Counted from the stretch's first letter, positions 12,822 through 26,454 are shown. The stretch: DNA of 33,651 nt from Halocafeteria seosinensis (GCA_001687465.1 LVLI01000251.1:124001-157651), one strand, 5' to 3'. Notes: generated by a model not told the origin, from the sequence alone. Program-made: numbers and translations.

Positions 12822-15259
12822 ATGGCAGAGCACCGGGTTGTAGCAGCAGCAATTCTCATGCTGGTTATGTGCCAGCAAACAGTGAGAACTCAATTCGTAG
12901 AAACAGATCCCAAATTTGCCGATCAGGTTGAAAAGGCAAAACAGGAATTGAGCGATTTGTTGAAGGAACATCCCGACTTGGAACAGATCTACAGACCAAA
13001 GCGCTCTCAACGTAGTAGCGATATTTACGTGTACGCACAACCTCAAAAATCGCTATGCTTTCTTGAGAGGTGTCATTTACATTCCTTCATGCTTTGTCAC
13101 AGCAAAAGGGAACGCAAAGGCGCTTCATTCACACAGAATGTGCTGTTTGATCCATGTCGAGGCATGGAATTCAACTGCTGCAACGCAACCTATGGAGCAC
13201 CGGAATACGAAAAGGTCAACCTAAATCGAAATTCTCTTTCCTTTGGATCACTATTTCACGTTGATGAAAACAATAACACTCTTGCAAGGGATAACGTGTA
13301 AGTTCGGTGCCCCTGTTGTGCAACAGCTTTGTAGACTCCACGACTCATCCGTGGGACGCAGACGAACGCCAGACCCAGTACTCTACTTGGCACCGGAGTG
13401 CAACGGTATGCTAGATCCCTTTGATTGGTGCTTCGCAGACGGGATGGGAAGGAGACCGTTTCCAGTAGTACCAAAGTGTTGGAATTTCAACGAGAGTATT
13501 GAGACCCACAAATCATGTCGATCTCCAGAAGACGGTTCAGAGTTGCCTTTTTGCTTTGAAGTGAGTTAATTGGAAAGAATGAGAAGGGAAAGAGACCAAT
13601 GACACCCTTATTGCTCCTTTGCAGCTTGCAATTACACAAAATGCTTACATATCAGAATGTGGAGGCCAGTTTAAGGATACTGATTCGTGTGGGACATTCT
13701 TAGAGGTGCACCGACCGAACAAGTCCAGTATCCTGACACAAGTACGTCTGAAGGGTCAATACACTTCAGGGTATGCAGGAGTTGTTATCAGTTCGATCTA
13801 TAAAAAAGATGAGAACAAGATTTTATGCCGAGGAGACTACGAGGTAATTGCTGTCAAGAAACCTTGTTGAGTTAGTCAAAAATTGCAATAACTAAATGGG
13901 AAACGAATTCAGATGTGGTGGGTACACAAGACCCCAAGTGAGTTCATCGTGGAGAAACAACTCCCCTTCCGTATTTCTGAGCCTGCATGTGATTGGGATG
14001 CACAGTACAACAAGTAAGAGAACTGGTAGATTAATGGGATCTCTCCCAAAAATGAAAAAAAAGTCTTCTACTGGTAGTATGTCCGATTTTTTCTTGGCAC
14101 AGAGAGAAACCTTGGAGAACTATTACCAATGATAGCGCACTCGATAAGATCTCGCTAGGCCTCTTTGAGAGGTCAACGGCTTTGTTCACAAGGGAAAGAG
14201 TGCACGGTCGTAGAGGTGTTCCTGGTCCGGGAATGGGTGGGACACTCGTGCTCCCTCAAGAAGACACGTATCCAAGCAATGCCATATTTAGCGACACAGA
14301 ATTTTTTACATACAGCGTAAGTTGCTTCCAAATCTCCGAATTTCTCTACCTCTGTATGTATTTCAACTATTTCCCTGCTGCAGTTTTTCGACCAGTTGCT
14401 GCCATCGGATATCAAGGATGGGGAGCTTTATCCAAGTCACCCTCAGTTCGACGAACGCGAAAGGGCTCCAGCACCGCAGCCCTCCCCAAGCCCACGTGGT
14501 TAGTGCCTCAAGCATGCATTCGTAATCATATCATGAGCTCGGCATAGCAGCACCGTGCGTTGCAGGATTCATTTCCGGAGAGACCAACTTTGAGGTTTCT
14601 GATAAAGCGAAAGCTACTTCGCCACCAGCCTATGAGTTCCTGTCTTCAAGCTTGCGAAGAAGGCTTCAGGCCACATACATCCCCAAAAGCAGATTGCCAC
14701 CACCCGAAGTTTACAAGCAAGACGGAAGGGGTCTTTTAGAGAAAATGCTCAACAATTCTCGATATCACTCACAAGCGAGGCCGCATTCAGAGTACCGTGC
14801 ACTTAGCTTAGAGGAAGAAGAAGGGTATCATGGCGCAAGACATCATACATATTCTGCAATCGAAGCAAAAGTCTTGCTGAGTGGTGAGATTCCACACAAG
14901 AGCAAAGTAAAAATCACTCGCTTGCATCGAGGAACCACCGTGACGAAGCTCGGCAACGACTTCCTTGAAGCCCTTCAGAATAGCCGTCAGCGTTCTATAG
15001 AAAATGCTAAGGGTGTACGTCATTCTTGTTATTTTCATTCCTCGTAGATAACTCATATATACGTATTCGCATTTTTGCCTTGGCACAGAGGGGGCAAACC
15101 GAAAAAGACGAGAAAAACGGTGATGAGGAAGCAATCCTCAGTGACGAATTTATTCAATCCCAACGCGGACTTGCGGAGGAGTTAAGGCAGATTGGTATAC
15201 AGAAAGCAGAAATACTTCGAGAAATTCGCCGTAAAGAGGAGGCTAGAAACCGGAGCTAG
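12822..15259 (+). CDS. Secreted cysteine-rich protein of unknown function; about 9 exons
   Basis: Signal peptide MAEHRVVAAAILMLVMCQQTVRT. Exons join via GT-AG introns: FDPCRGMEFNCCNATYGAPEY / PKCWNFNES..CRSPEDGSELPFCFE / LAITQNAYISECGG..CGTFLEVHRP..LCRGDYE / MWWVHKTP..PACDWD / ... SLRRRLQATY ... / charged C-terminus ending EARNRS*. Confidence 0.7.
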
Positions 15260-15948
15260 TGTCGACTCTACTTTTGGATACAACGTGGAGCCGGATGGGG
15301 TGTGTGACTTGCGTCGACGCCAGGTGTACCTTGCTCCATAAGCATAAAGGATATTCACGGCGAAAAAGGATTGACAGCATGATTGTTCTGTTGTTGTAGT
15401 CAATACTTAGCGTCACAAATAATTTTTCAAAATTGTGCGATACTGACCACAAGATATAGAGGGTCCGATACATGTAACCAACGGCACAGCCGTTACGGAA
15501 CGTGGTCCGTCCTTTTATCTAGTCAACCACATGCCATGCCTCCCGCAATCTCATTAGCGTCATTAGCTGCCACTCACACAGGTTCACACATGAATGGTGA
15601 CAGAGTTAATTCAGTAGTGATACTGATAACGAATCATCGATACATGCCACTAGGAATCTAGTACTTGAGGATGCAGTATTACAGCAGCATTATGAGAAAA
15701 TTAGGCAGTTCTAAGAAAGCATTACAGTAGGTCAAGAAATGTTCTGTATGGGATGTCCGCAAGACAGTTGGAAATACTGTTTACAGTGATTGAACAGTAT
15801 CATTTCGCTTCGTTCAGTATGACTTTGAGGGGCCACAGATCCTGATTTCCGGTGCGAACACCGACGCCAAGCTCCGGTGTGGGTATATTCACAGCAGAGC
15901 TGCTCCGCAAACCCGTAGAGACGTTAGAAATAGAACGTTATGAGGGGA

Positions 15949-17161
15949 CTACTTTCCGACAAAGAGTGGAGTCAAGTGGCGAAGGGGTGTACCCCTTCGA
16001 TGCAATTCCTGTTGATGCTCCCAATAAATTGCTCCATACCTATAAAAAGGTATCCATGGCCAAAGATGATGAACAGCGTGGTAGTTTTGATAGAGCAGTA
16101 CAAGCGTTGCAATGCCTAGTACGTCATACGTGACTTTCAAGATGGCAGTACTGCGATGCTGCTCGCGAGAAACACCAGGACGATGGGGGAGGTAATCAAA
16201 ACTGAATGCAAGCAATGCCAAAGCAGTTGTAGCAGGAGCGCACCACAGTAGAAATAACATTTTGCCGTATCCCGTCCATACAGAGCCACTGTTGGTGCAC
16301 CATTGCAACAGTGTTCATCCGAGAGCCACATCATTGGAACAGTTCTCAGACACTTACCATATCACAAGCAACTTTACTGATATGCTAAGCAGTACTTCTA
16401 CGGTCTCTGCTCTATTTCTTTCACCACGGAAAAGAAGCGGGAAATACATTTTATAGTAATGTCCCATAATGGTGAACCACTTCATTAGTAAAATTGGCGG
16501 TGATCCTCTGCAAATGACATTTCGAATACAACATCGAGACACAGTGAGGCACGTTATTTTTACAAACCTAGTTGTGTAGTGGTCCGGATCGTAATGAGGA
16601 TCATTTGTATGTCGATGATGCTGAATGTGCAAATACTTGAATGGGGCATAGATAGCCATCAGAAATGTAGCAGATACACGACCTGGAGAAGCACGTTGCT
16701 TCGCTGAGCCGGAATTGCAATTATGGAGCCACACCGGAGAACATACCTATTACACCATTTATCCATTTACATCCACTTTTTGTGGTAGCTATCGCTCCAT
16801 GAGAGGCGTCATGCATTGGGGTAAAGTGCACAAACGCCAGAAACGTAAGCAATGTGGAGGCGACTAGCGCCGGTAGGATGCTCTTGGGAGATGGCTTCCA
16901 CAGCAGATTCTGGCTCAAGTCTACCAACGTCAGGTGGTTCCAATTATATAAGGCACCATCTCGAAGGCACATATCGGCATAAATACCCAGAGAGCAGGTT
17001 GTAGCAATCAAAGAGAGGAGGATCGTGGGCCATGCGACGGCAGGAGGACGCTCCCGCATCTCAATTTTCGGCCGCTTTGGTGCATCCGTCGTTTCATCGA
17101 CTTCATTTGTCTTTGTCTGTCTTCTCAGTATGGGACTCTTGCTCCTTGATTTTCTCGTCAT
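15949..17161 (-). CDS. Membrane fatty-acid desaturase-family protein, CrtR (beta-carotene hydroxylase)-like; multi-exon
   Basis: Three His boxes MHDASH, HIQHHRHTNDP..DPD and QNYHAVHHLWPWIPFYRY, plus FDYLPHRP and N-terminal AWPT; hydrophobic helices; GT-AG introns (e.g. 16746-16683). Confidence 0.85.
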
Positions 17162-17568
17162 GTTGCCGCAAACCCCGCCTTGCGCTATGTTTGATAGCCT
17201 CCGACTGGATTGGAAGATCAACTTCGCGCTGTGCTAGCGTTTACGCAGACTGAGCAAGGCCAAGCGTACCACATTTAGTCCTCAAACCCATAGATTGGAC
17301 CATATAACACTACAAACATGCACTGACAAGACTATTCTCTGGTAGACGCAAGCTATAATCATACATTGTTCATATGTTTGGCGCTTGACACAACTTCAAC
17401 TTTTGGAAGTTAGGGTATTTTGCGCTATCAAGCTTGAGCGACGGCCGATAATATCGCCGACTCCATATGCCGGGACAAAGAATAATAATTTACGATTGGT
17501 AAACATGATTACTTTTGTTACAAGTCCATACAGAGTAAAAAGGGTGCAATAGCAAGGACGAAGGAAGG

Positions 17569-18768
17569 ATGACGACGGATTTCTCTCAATCCTCGCAATG
17601 GTACGTCCTAGCAGTACGTGGCATTTATGCGTAAGACATATGATGGTAGAAGGCGATACGTTTAGCTTCAAAATAATATATGTATGCAGCGTTAAATGGA
17701 TGCACAAACAGCCGAAGGGCACTTCCACACACATAGCAGACAATTCCGACGAAACAAGAATCCTTAGGGTCTATTTTACTCGATGTAGGTTGTATACATG
17801 GTTGAAACTAGACAAAGGAACGATGAGGACAATTATTACACGCAATTGCTGCGAGTCTTGCAGTGATAGCCAACATTGGATGTGACCTGAAGCTCAGGCA
17901 CTGGGTGACTGCCACTGCCATCGTCTACTATCGCCGCTTTTTCAGCAAGTGAGTGCGATATGGTTATCCTAAACTGCTGACCCTAATCGTATGCCGGATT
18001 ACTGAAAATGTACATGCACAGACACTCCCTCGAAGGTATCAACCCCTGGTTACTCACTGTATCGGCAGTCCATTTGGCAACGCTGGTAGAGGAGCAACCA
18101 AAAGATATCGCTGAAATTTACAGGGCGTTTCAAGCTAGAGAAGGGAAAAAATACTTCCCCGACACTTGGACACCGACAATGGAGAAAGATTCCCATCGTG
18201 ATGACTTGGGAAACGGCACTGCGAAAATTGGAGTCGAAAAATGTGAGCAGCTGCTAGTCGAGGCATTGGAGTTCGATCTTTTGGTATTCCACCCTTACAG
18301 GGAATTGCAGCTGTACGTCAATTCATCGTAACAGCCTGTCACATAGCTATATCCTGACCCATCACCGTCGCTACAGAATGATACGGGATACTGATCATCC
18401 GAAGTCTCAACCGCTGCTCGAAACAGCATGGTCTATCATCGATGATTTTTATGCTACCGCTGCTATCATGAGAAATTCATGCTCTGTAATCGCTCTAGCA
18501 TCTTTGTATCTGTCTGCATCTTACCTTTCATTCGATATTAGTGCGTGGATGGGAACTTTGGAAGTTGATTTGAATGAGGTAAGCAAGAGGTTGTTTTTTA
18601 GAACTATTTTGGTTACGAGGTTACTACCGCTAACCGCAGCTCTCCACTGTTTGTTCTGAAATTGCCGATCTGTATGAACTTATTGACAGCCAAACTGAGG
18701 CGGATCGGCTGCAAGTCGTAGAGGGACTAGCGAAACGTACAGTTTGGATGTTAACGATCCCTTCGTGA
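17569..18768 (+). CDS. CCNC: Cyclin C (Mediator CDK8 module)-like transcriptional cyclin; multi-exon
   Basis: Spliced MTTDFSQSSQC..W (cf. MAxNFWxSSH), LKLRHWVTATAIVYYRRFF (cf. LKLRQQVIATATVYFKRFY), LATLVEE, EQLLVEALEFDLLVFHPYR, AWSIIDDFY, IALASLY, WMGTLEVDLNE. Confidence 0.8.
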
Positions 18769-19886
18769 CGACCAGTAACCGTTCTCGTCGTACTGACTGG
18801 GTCCGCATTTCGTATGGAGAAAGTTAATATGACATGCGCGAATGGGTATATGGAATTGATTAAGGGTTTGAAGGGTGAGTCGACGAAGCTAAGACCTGCG
18901 GTGTCTGCCTCACACTGGTTTCATTTCCAGCTGCGTTCTTGACTCTGACGATCCGCAATCGAATTCCGGTGCAAGTACATTTAGGAGCCTCGGTTTTAGC
19001 CTTCCGGTGGGTCCTCAAGTGGTGCAATTGTACAAATCAGCGCACGTCGCACGCTTTCAATTCTCGACTTCCAAGTTCCGAACTAGCTTAGAACTTCGGA
19101 TTAAATCTCCGGGCATCGGGGTCGGCCTCCCTTCTGCCGGTGGAACCGATATTCCTTTCATACATGACAGGCTTTGTTGTCTTGGATGTTCCAAGTGGCC
19201 AGTAGCCGGTATTACGGCCCGTCGTGAAGGCCGTGATACACCAGTGGAGTCTGATTACCAACTCCAGGATGCACCCTCTCCCAACTCTGTGGTGACAAAA
19301 TATACATGATACCTATATCATTCTAGTCACGTGTCTTGGCAACACAATTTGATATCTCCCGAAAGCAAGTGCTTCTAGAAGCTCTGAAGTTGGTGGATCT
19401 GCATCTAAGCATACAGCCGTTCACACTATTCCAGTATCACGACTTGTCTGCACCATCAAGGTAGGAGTTTCCCAGTTTCTCCCTATTCTGTTCGATTTTG
19501 TGCAAGGTGCAGACCAACACACAATTCTCGTTTGTCGGAGGTCGGCCCGACTCGACCGGCCGGCGCCCGTGCCCTATCCGACCCTTGCCCAGGATGTGCA
19601 AGAGTAGCACATAGAAGGTAATCTGCTACGAATCGAAGTATTGGGGCTGTTACTGCGCTCACGCATGGTTATTTTACGTACTGTGTAGTATCTGCCTCGT
19701 TATCCTCAGCTTGAGAGCAGAGTTTTGGGGACACAAAAGGAGAAACAACGCTCCATTTTTTTTTCCCTTTTCTTGGGCCAATTCCCCTTCATAACTCATT
19801 TCAGTCGACACAATAGAGAAAAGGTACCCAACGATTGTACATTTCAAATTGTTGTAATCAATTTTGGGATAAGTGCGAAGACGATA

Positions 19887-22800
19887 ATGAATCGAAAACC
19901 CCCTCAAGGATTTGGACAGAACCGACAGGGTCCTCCCGCGAGCAGCTCAGGAATGGGCGGTCCTCCTGCACGTGGCTCGTTTCCAATGCAACAGGCGCAG
20001 CAACAAGCGTCTATGCAGCCCTCATCAAGCAGTTTGGCAGCCCCTCGAGCAGGGTTCCAACAAAGCCAAGGCTTCCAAACACCGGGGCAGCGGCCGGCCC
20101 AACCCGAGAGTAACACAAGTGCTCCGATGCAGTTCGCTCCCAGAGGACAACAAAACTTGGCACGTAAGTAGCTTGAGCGCATAGGTAGCATTTCGCGTTA
20201 ATCCCATTATCCTTGAGTTTTTCCGTGCAGAACCTGGACGAGGATTTGCCGGTGCCAGTAGCGCCCCTCAAAGCATGTCACAGCCTGGGACTGCAAGTAT
20301 GAACTATAGTAGCGCTATGGGCCCTCCACCTCAAGCTGCAAACGCTCCAGGCCCACCAAGCATGAGCTCGAACGGCCCGCCACCGACAGCTAACTACGTA
20401 AATTCTAATTCTGCGACGACAAGCACCGCTCTTCAAACAGGTGGCGGCGGCGCCCCCCCTTCATCATCTCAAAGCATGAGCTTCTCGTATCATACTGGTG
20501 GCCCTCCAAGACCTCAGCGATACCAAGCCCCTCCACAAAGCAGTGGTGTACCCTCATCGGCTGGGTTCCAAGGGCCGCCACCGATGTCTAGTGGGTTACA
20601 AGGGCCGCCACCGATGTCTGGTGGGTTACAAGGGCCGCCACCGATGTCTGGTAGCTTCCAAGGTCCGCCCACTATGTCAGGTGCTTCCCAAGGCCCACCC
20701 CCCATACCAGGCGTTTCCCAGGGCCACTCTACCGTCTCTGGCAGTGCTCAGGGACATCCGCATATGACGGGAGTCTCTCAAGGTCCTCCTCCAATGTCTG
20801 GTGGAATCGACAATTCACAAAGGCTCGGATATGGGCAGTACTCTCACCCGGAGGCCCAAATGGGTCCTGGCGCTGGTCCACCTCCCATGGCAAATCAACC
20901 ACCCCCAATGTACCCGGGGATGAACCAGGCACCAGCCGGGTATTCTACAGCCATGTCCACAGGACAATATGCTAGTCCGCAAATGTTCTCAACTGGTGCC
21001 AACGTTAACAGTGGTGCTCCGCCACAGCAGTTCATGAATCCATCAGCATCCTCGGGCTTGTCCCCTGGGTCATTCGGAGCCCCTCCTATGCGAGGTACTC
21101 CCGGCGCTCCTGTAGCGGCCAAGATGGCCACAGTCGACACGTCGAAAAACTGCGATCGAGCGTTTATGGCCCCAACTATCAATGCTCTACCATGTTCCGA
21201 TAAACTTGTCCAAAAGACAGGCATGCCGCTAGGTTTATGTGTGCACCCGCTTGCTGAGGGTCCCGATACTCCCGAGGTAAGTTTTATTCTTTGACTGTCA
21301 TCGCTTTTGGGTTTTGACACTACTTTGTGAATGGATTCCAGATCCCCGTCGTAGATTTTGGAAACACTGGACCTGTTAGATGCAAGAAGTGCCGAGCTTA
21401 CATTAACCCTTTCGCGACATTTATTGATAACGGACAGAGATGGACATGCAACTTCTGTAGCTATCCAAATGATGGTAAGCTTGCCGTCATCAACGCCCCC
21501 AGGTTACTAAGCTTCTATAAACTCGTTTGTTTTCGCAGTTCCACCTTCTTATTATGCAAAAATGGAGGGCAACGAACGGGTGGACATTGAGGAGCGACCA
21601 GAGCTAAGGGATGGCTCGGTAGAATTGATCGCTTCTAGTGACTACATGTTACGCGCACCACCTCCAATGGTGTATTTATTCTTATTCGATGTCTCTTATA
21701 ACTCCGTGAGCAGTGGGATGTTAGAAACTGCCGTAGCGGCTGTCAAAGAGTCTTTGGATCACTTGGCTGGAGACGACAGAACTCAAGTTGGGTTTATCAC
21801 CTATGACACCGCTGTCCACTTTTATAGATTGAGGCAAGATAACCCGCAACCTCAAATGTATGTGGTCCCGGACATTAGCGACGTATCATTGCCTACATTG
21901 CATGAAGATCTCTTAGTCAATTTGAAGGAGACTCGCGAGGCTGTCGATGAGCTGCTAGAATCGCTTTTGCGGATGCATTCGGCGAATAGGAGTGCCGATA
22001 GTTGCTTGGGGCCGGCCATAAAAGCAGGAAATCAAATGATCAACCACATCGGCGGTAAAATNGTCATTTGCCAGAGTACTTTGCCGACCACAGGGGTTGG
22101 AAAGCTGCGCCAACGTGAGAGCCCGAAGATACTTGGGACCGACGAGGAGCATAAACTGTTGTCCGCAGATGCGAGTGAAGATGGGCAATTCTACAAGGGG
22201 ATGGCGCTGGAGTGTTCAAAAGCTCACATCTCTGTCGATATGTTCTTGGCCTCAAACGTTCCATACATTGATGTAGCCAGCATCGGAACTCTGGCTAGGT
22301 ATACTGCCGGGGAAGTCTACTTCTACTCAAATTTTAGGTCCACTAGTGAAGGTGCCCGACTGCATGCGGATATTTTCCACGATTTAACGCGTACAACCGG
22401 ATTGGAAGCTGTTCTGAGGATACGATGTAGTGCGGGTGTTTCCATTTCGAGTTACTTTGGTAACTTCTTCATCCGGGGACAAGATTTACTCATAATGCCC
22501 AATGTGACGAGTGACACCGCGTTCACGGTTCAGCTCAGCGTTGCAGATACCCTGGCCAGTGGCTCAACTGTAAGCTTTCAGACAGCTCTACTGTACACTA
22601 CTCCTAGTGGCTCACGGAGAATCCTGCTGCATACATTAGCTATTCCTACCGCCACTCTAGTGTCGGAGCTGTTCACGCACGCTGACACGGAAAGCTTGCA
22701 AAATGTGATAGCGAAGGTGGCACTGGACAATATGCTCCGTTCTGGTCTCCCTGCTGCTCGTCGTTATTTGCACCGGGCAGTTGTGGAAATAGTGCGATCT

Positions 22801-23559
22801 TACAACACCTCTATCGCTCAAGGAATGGGATCAAAATCCCAACAAAGCGAGGCCGTTCTCAATTTGCCGGAAAACCTGCAATTGCTGCCATTATACGCGA
22901 TGGGGTTAAGCAAATCTGTCTTATTCCGCGGCGGACAGGAAATACACTCAGATGAGAGGGCTTTTCTCGTGTTCCAAATGTTGACGATGCAAGCGGTCGC
23001 TTCGAGGTTGTACGCCTACCCGAAGCTGCTTTCTCTTCATGACATGGAAAGAGGCATGGGGACTCCGGTTACCGAAGAGGATGAGTCTCCAATAGATTCG
23101 GAGGGGAATGCTGTAGAAACTGTTGGATTTTCGCAGATCAAGATCCCTCAAGCAACGAGTTTATCTGTCGAACACCTTCGTGAAGATGGTGTGTTCCTAT
23201 TAGCCGACGGGTTCGAGATGTTCTTGTGGGTGGGTCGGTCTGCTCCTCCTCAGCTGCTAGAATCATTATTTGGGGTGCCCAGTTTAGAGGGTGTTGATGT
23301 GTCGAGCGCTCAACTACCTCAACTCAACAATGAGTATTCTGTTCGGGTAAATGCAATTGTTTCGGGTTTGCAAGAAGAAAGTAATCCTCAAATGCGTTTC
23401 AGAATAGTTAAGCAGGGTACATCTGATGCCAACGAAGCTCGGTTTCATTGGAGACTGGTCGAAGACCGTCAACAGTATCAGGGCGGCACATTCACCTATT
23501 CTGACTATCTCCAGCTAGTTTCGCGGGAAACAAGCGTTGGAACAGGTTTGTCTCGTTAA
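19887..23559 (+). CDS. SEC24: COPII cargo adaptor Sec24; 4 exons
   Basis: Long Pro/Gln/Gly-rich N-terminus, zinc finger [38 protein letters not shown], vWA trunk [28 protein letters not shown]...RRI, and gelsolin-like C-terminus LVEDR. Confidence 0.97.
20563..20802 (+). repeat. Coding minisatellite, 8 x 30 bp (decapeptide [10 protein letters not shown]) in the Sec24 N-terminus
   Basis: gggttacaagggccgccaccgatgtctggt-like unit; the first three copies are nearly identical and later ones are diverged. Confidence 0.9.
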
Positions 23560-23880
23560 GATACCAGAATGAGTGATGTAGTATTAGAATTAGTCTTGAA
23601 TTTAAATATTATTATGTTTCAGTGAAAACTTTCAGTGAAAAGTCTTTCAAGAGTGTCACACTGTCACCAGTCCTTCATTTTGTGAAGTGGCTGAGTTTGC
23701 CAACTTTCCATGTTTGAACAGTTTGGTATGTCTTGACCATGAATCGGCTTCTTTCTCATATCGAATATAATCTTTTTATACGTCTATGTCATAGTATACC
23801 ACTTTTTTTTTTCTTCTTTTTTTTTTTGAAAGAATTCCATCATTGGTGGCTAAATCCCGGCGTCGGAACTACAGCCCAAT

Positions 23881-25619
23881 ATGTCGTTGAGAACAGGCAT
23901 TCAAGGATGCAGACAGTGGCGCCTTGCATCCTCCTTATGTTACGATACACTGTATGGCTTGAGTAAAGCATGCCAAGGCGTGGAATGGAATAGAAGAAGG
24001 TTGCATTCCACGGCCCGGGAACAACAGCAAGCAAAGCCTAAGAGCCCCTCCTCTTCCTCTAAACGACGACAGAGCGTAAGTTTCGCAATCGTGTAGTCTT
24101 CTGATAATATTTGCAACATGAGGTTGCCATGTCGATACTGCTACTGGTGTGCTCTCCGGAAAGCAAGCCGATAGTAACAGGGCTGCCGTTTGGTATCTGC
24201 AGGCTATTTTGGACGCCGCACATATCCGCCAAACTCCCATTAGTCTACAAGATTTGTTCTTATTCGGACAGCGAACGGAAGAAACGAGTAATGAGAAAGC
24301 GAATGAAGCTTTGGTCCAGGCAGCGCGGTGGCTCCACGGGGAGCTCCCTGTTCGTCTGGCGCATCGGGCTGTGGAACTTTACAATCTGCCACACGGTCTC
24401 TGTGAAATGCCTAGCATTAACACGGTTGCCAAATGGTACGTTGTGTAAAACACCCACTTACGCTGTCCCTCTCACCATGCTGGGGCAATTCCCGTCTTTT
24501 GGAATAACGTGATTTACAGGTACGAGCAGAGTTTCCATGAAATACGATCGTTTGAGAAGCCCAATACGTTTCAAGAGGAGCAACGTTTTACAAACTTGAT
24601 AAGTGATATCTTTGAACGTCACGGTCCGACATTGGTATGTGATATGCCTGCCTAGTGCTCACCGACTAGGTGACATTGTTTGATCTATGTGCCGCGGCAA
24701 CACCAGGTTACAATTGCACGGGGCATCCTGGAGCTCCGAAGTCACCTTGGAGTGGGGTTTAATACGCCCATGCCGCAAGATATAGAGAATGAAGTTTTCC
24801 AGTTCCTGGATACATTTTATAGTAGCAGAATTGGTATTCGTACTCTCATTGGTATGTCAATTTCAATTTATTGCTCCCTTTGCTCAGCCAGATGTTTGTC
24901 TTCCCGTCTGCAGCCCAACATGTTGCCCTGCATCACCCTAAAGATGGGTATGTTGGTATAATTTGCAAGAACTGTCGTCCTATTGAAGTAATCAATGCTG
25001 CTGTGGATGACGCTTCGTTCATGTGCCGACGCACATTTGGAGATGCACCTGATGTTGTTGTCTATGGCGATGAGAACTTTGGGTAAGTTTCATTTCCTTC
25101 CATCTGACGTGTACATTTTAACTGAATTTGTATTTGTCTCTTTACCATACCTACTGTTAACAATCCAGATTTCCTTACATCCCTAGCCATTTACAGCACA
25201 TTATGTTTGAATTGACGAAAAATAGCATGCGCGCGGTTATCGAGAAACATGGTGATCAGCCCATGAGTCTGCCACCTGTGAAAATAATTGTAGCTGCAGG
25301 ACAGGAAAATGAAGATGTTGTTATCAAAGTAAGCGACGAAGGAGGAGGCATCCCTCGTTCCGGAATGAAGAGGATATGGTCATACTTCTATACGACTTAC
25401 GAACCTCAATTTAGTGAGGGTCAAGCGGCGCCTGACTTTAGCACGGAGACTCCTTTAGCAGGATTAGGATATGGCTTACCACTAAGTAGGTTGTACGCCC
25501 GATACTTTGGAGGAGACCTGCAAATTATATCAATGGAGGGCTATGGAACTGACGCATACGTCCATCTAAGGCGTGTAGGTGATGCTGTCGAACCAATCGT
25601 CGGATGTCAATATCTTTAG
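23881..25619 (+). CDS. PDK: Mitochondrial pyruvate dehydrogenase kinase (PDK/BCKDK family); multi-exon
   Basis: Presequence-like exon 1; QTPISLQDL, WLHGELPVRLAHR, FLDTFYSSRIGIRTLI; GHKL motifs FELTKNSMRA, IKVSDEGGGIPR, WSYFYTT, PLAGLGYGLPLSRLYARYFGGDL..SMEGYGTDAY. Confidence 0.96.
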
Positions 25620-26454
25620 AAGCTAGCTGAGTCATTTGTTTACTCATCATTTTCAATCTTAACTTGACTTCGCAACGGCGCAACTGAAGGCTCATGCCGA
25701 GTAATTGTTCTTGTTAGTGTGGGCTGCTGCGGTATACTGCAAAGTGAGAACGCTTTGTGAGTCAAGTATTGAAATGCATTGCAGTCTTTGACGGACTGCT
25801 CGAATATTCCCAGCCACGGAAATGTGTCTATGTTTGTATGACCGTTTTGTTCGTCTCCGTCCTTTCGTTGGCATAGCATAGATGCTTTGCTTTCGGCTCG
25901 GAGCAATCTGTACCCACACACGTCCATTCTGTCGGCGGTGGCATGGATATCTGTTGAGGCTCTGATCCTTTCTTCTATCCCAAGCGCCCGGACAGCATAG
26001 AAATGTGAATCCTTCCTGTATTGAAGGGCAGGGAAGCTCTCCCTTCACTTTTTTTCCCTACTGGAGGCAGTAGAGGACCGGACAATATAACCGGTGCTAT
26101 TGTTGCTATGCAACTCATAGCATCCCTCTCAATTTATCATTAGTACAAGCGTGGTCATTTGTTCTTCTTCCAACGGACTTTGTGATTGATTTGGAGACGG
26201 CACGTGTCACATCACTGACTCACATATGATGTCGGACATCATGGCCAACGTCAACCGGCCATAGAAACAGCTATTAGAAGTGATATTTTCTGTCTTACTG
26301 GTAGAAAACATTAGTTAAAAAAGCTTAGAAATGCATTAGTCTAAATAAATACCCCTCTGCTCTGTCTGAATCATGTGCATGACATTGTCTTGCTGAGTGG
26401 GTATCGCAGACTATCTGCACTTTTTTTATTTCTTCTCTAAGAGGGTCGTATACC

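Noticed and set aside
19683..19694. gtgtagtatctg matches the U2 snRNA branch-point recognition region
   Set aside because: Only 12 nt match and the flanking U2 sequence (gctaagatcaa upstream, ttctt downstream) is absent
19835..21320. Many overlapping ORFs on both strands
   Set aside because: Expected by-products of the GC-rich Pro/Gly/Gln region of Sec24
22062..22062. Ambiguous base n in Sec24
   Set aside because: Third position of an ATN codon with the frame preserved; a sequencing ambiguity only
23618..23827. Short ttcagtgaaaa duplication and poly-T tract between Sec24 and PDK
   Set aside because: Ordinary low-complexity intergenic sequence, unrelated to the viral repeat module
25640..26048. 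Two overlapping minus-strand ORFs downstream of PDK
   Set aside because: No recognisable family and no convincing start or exon structure
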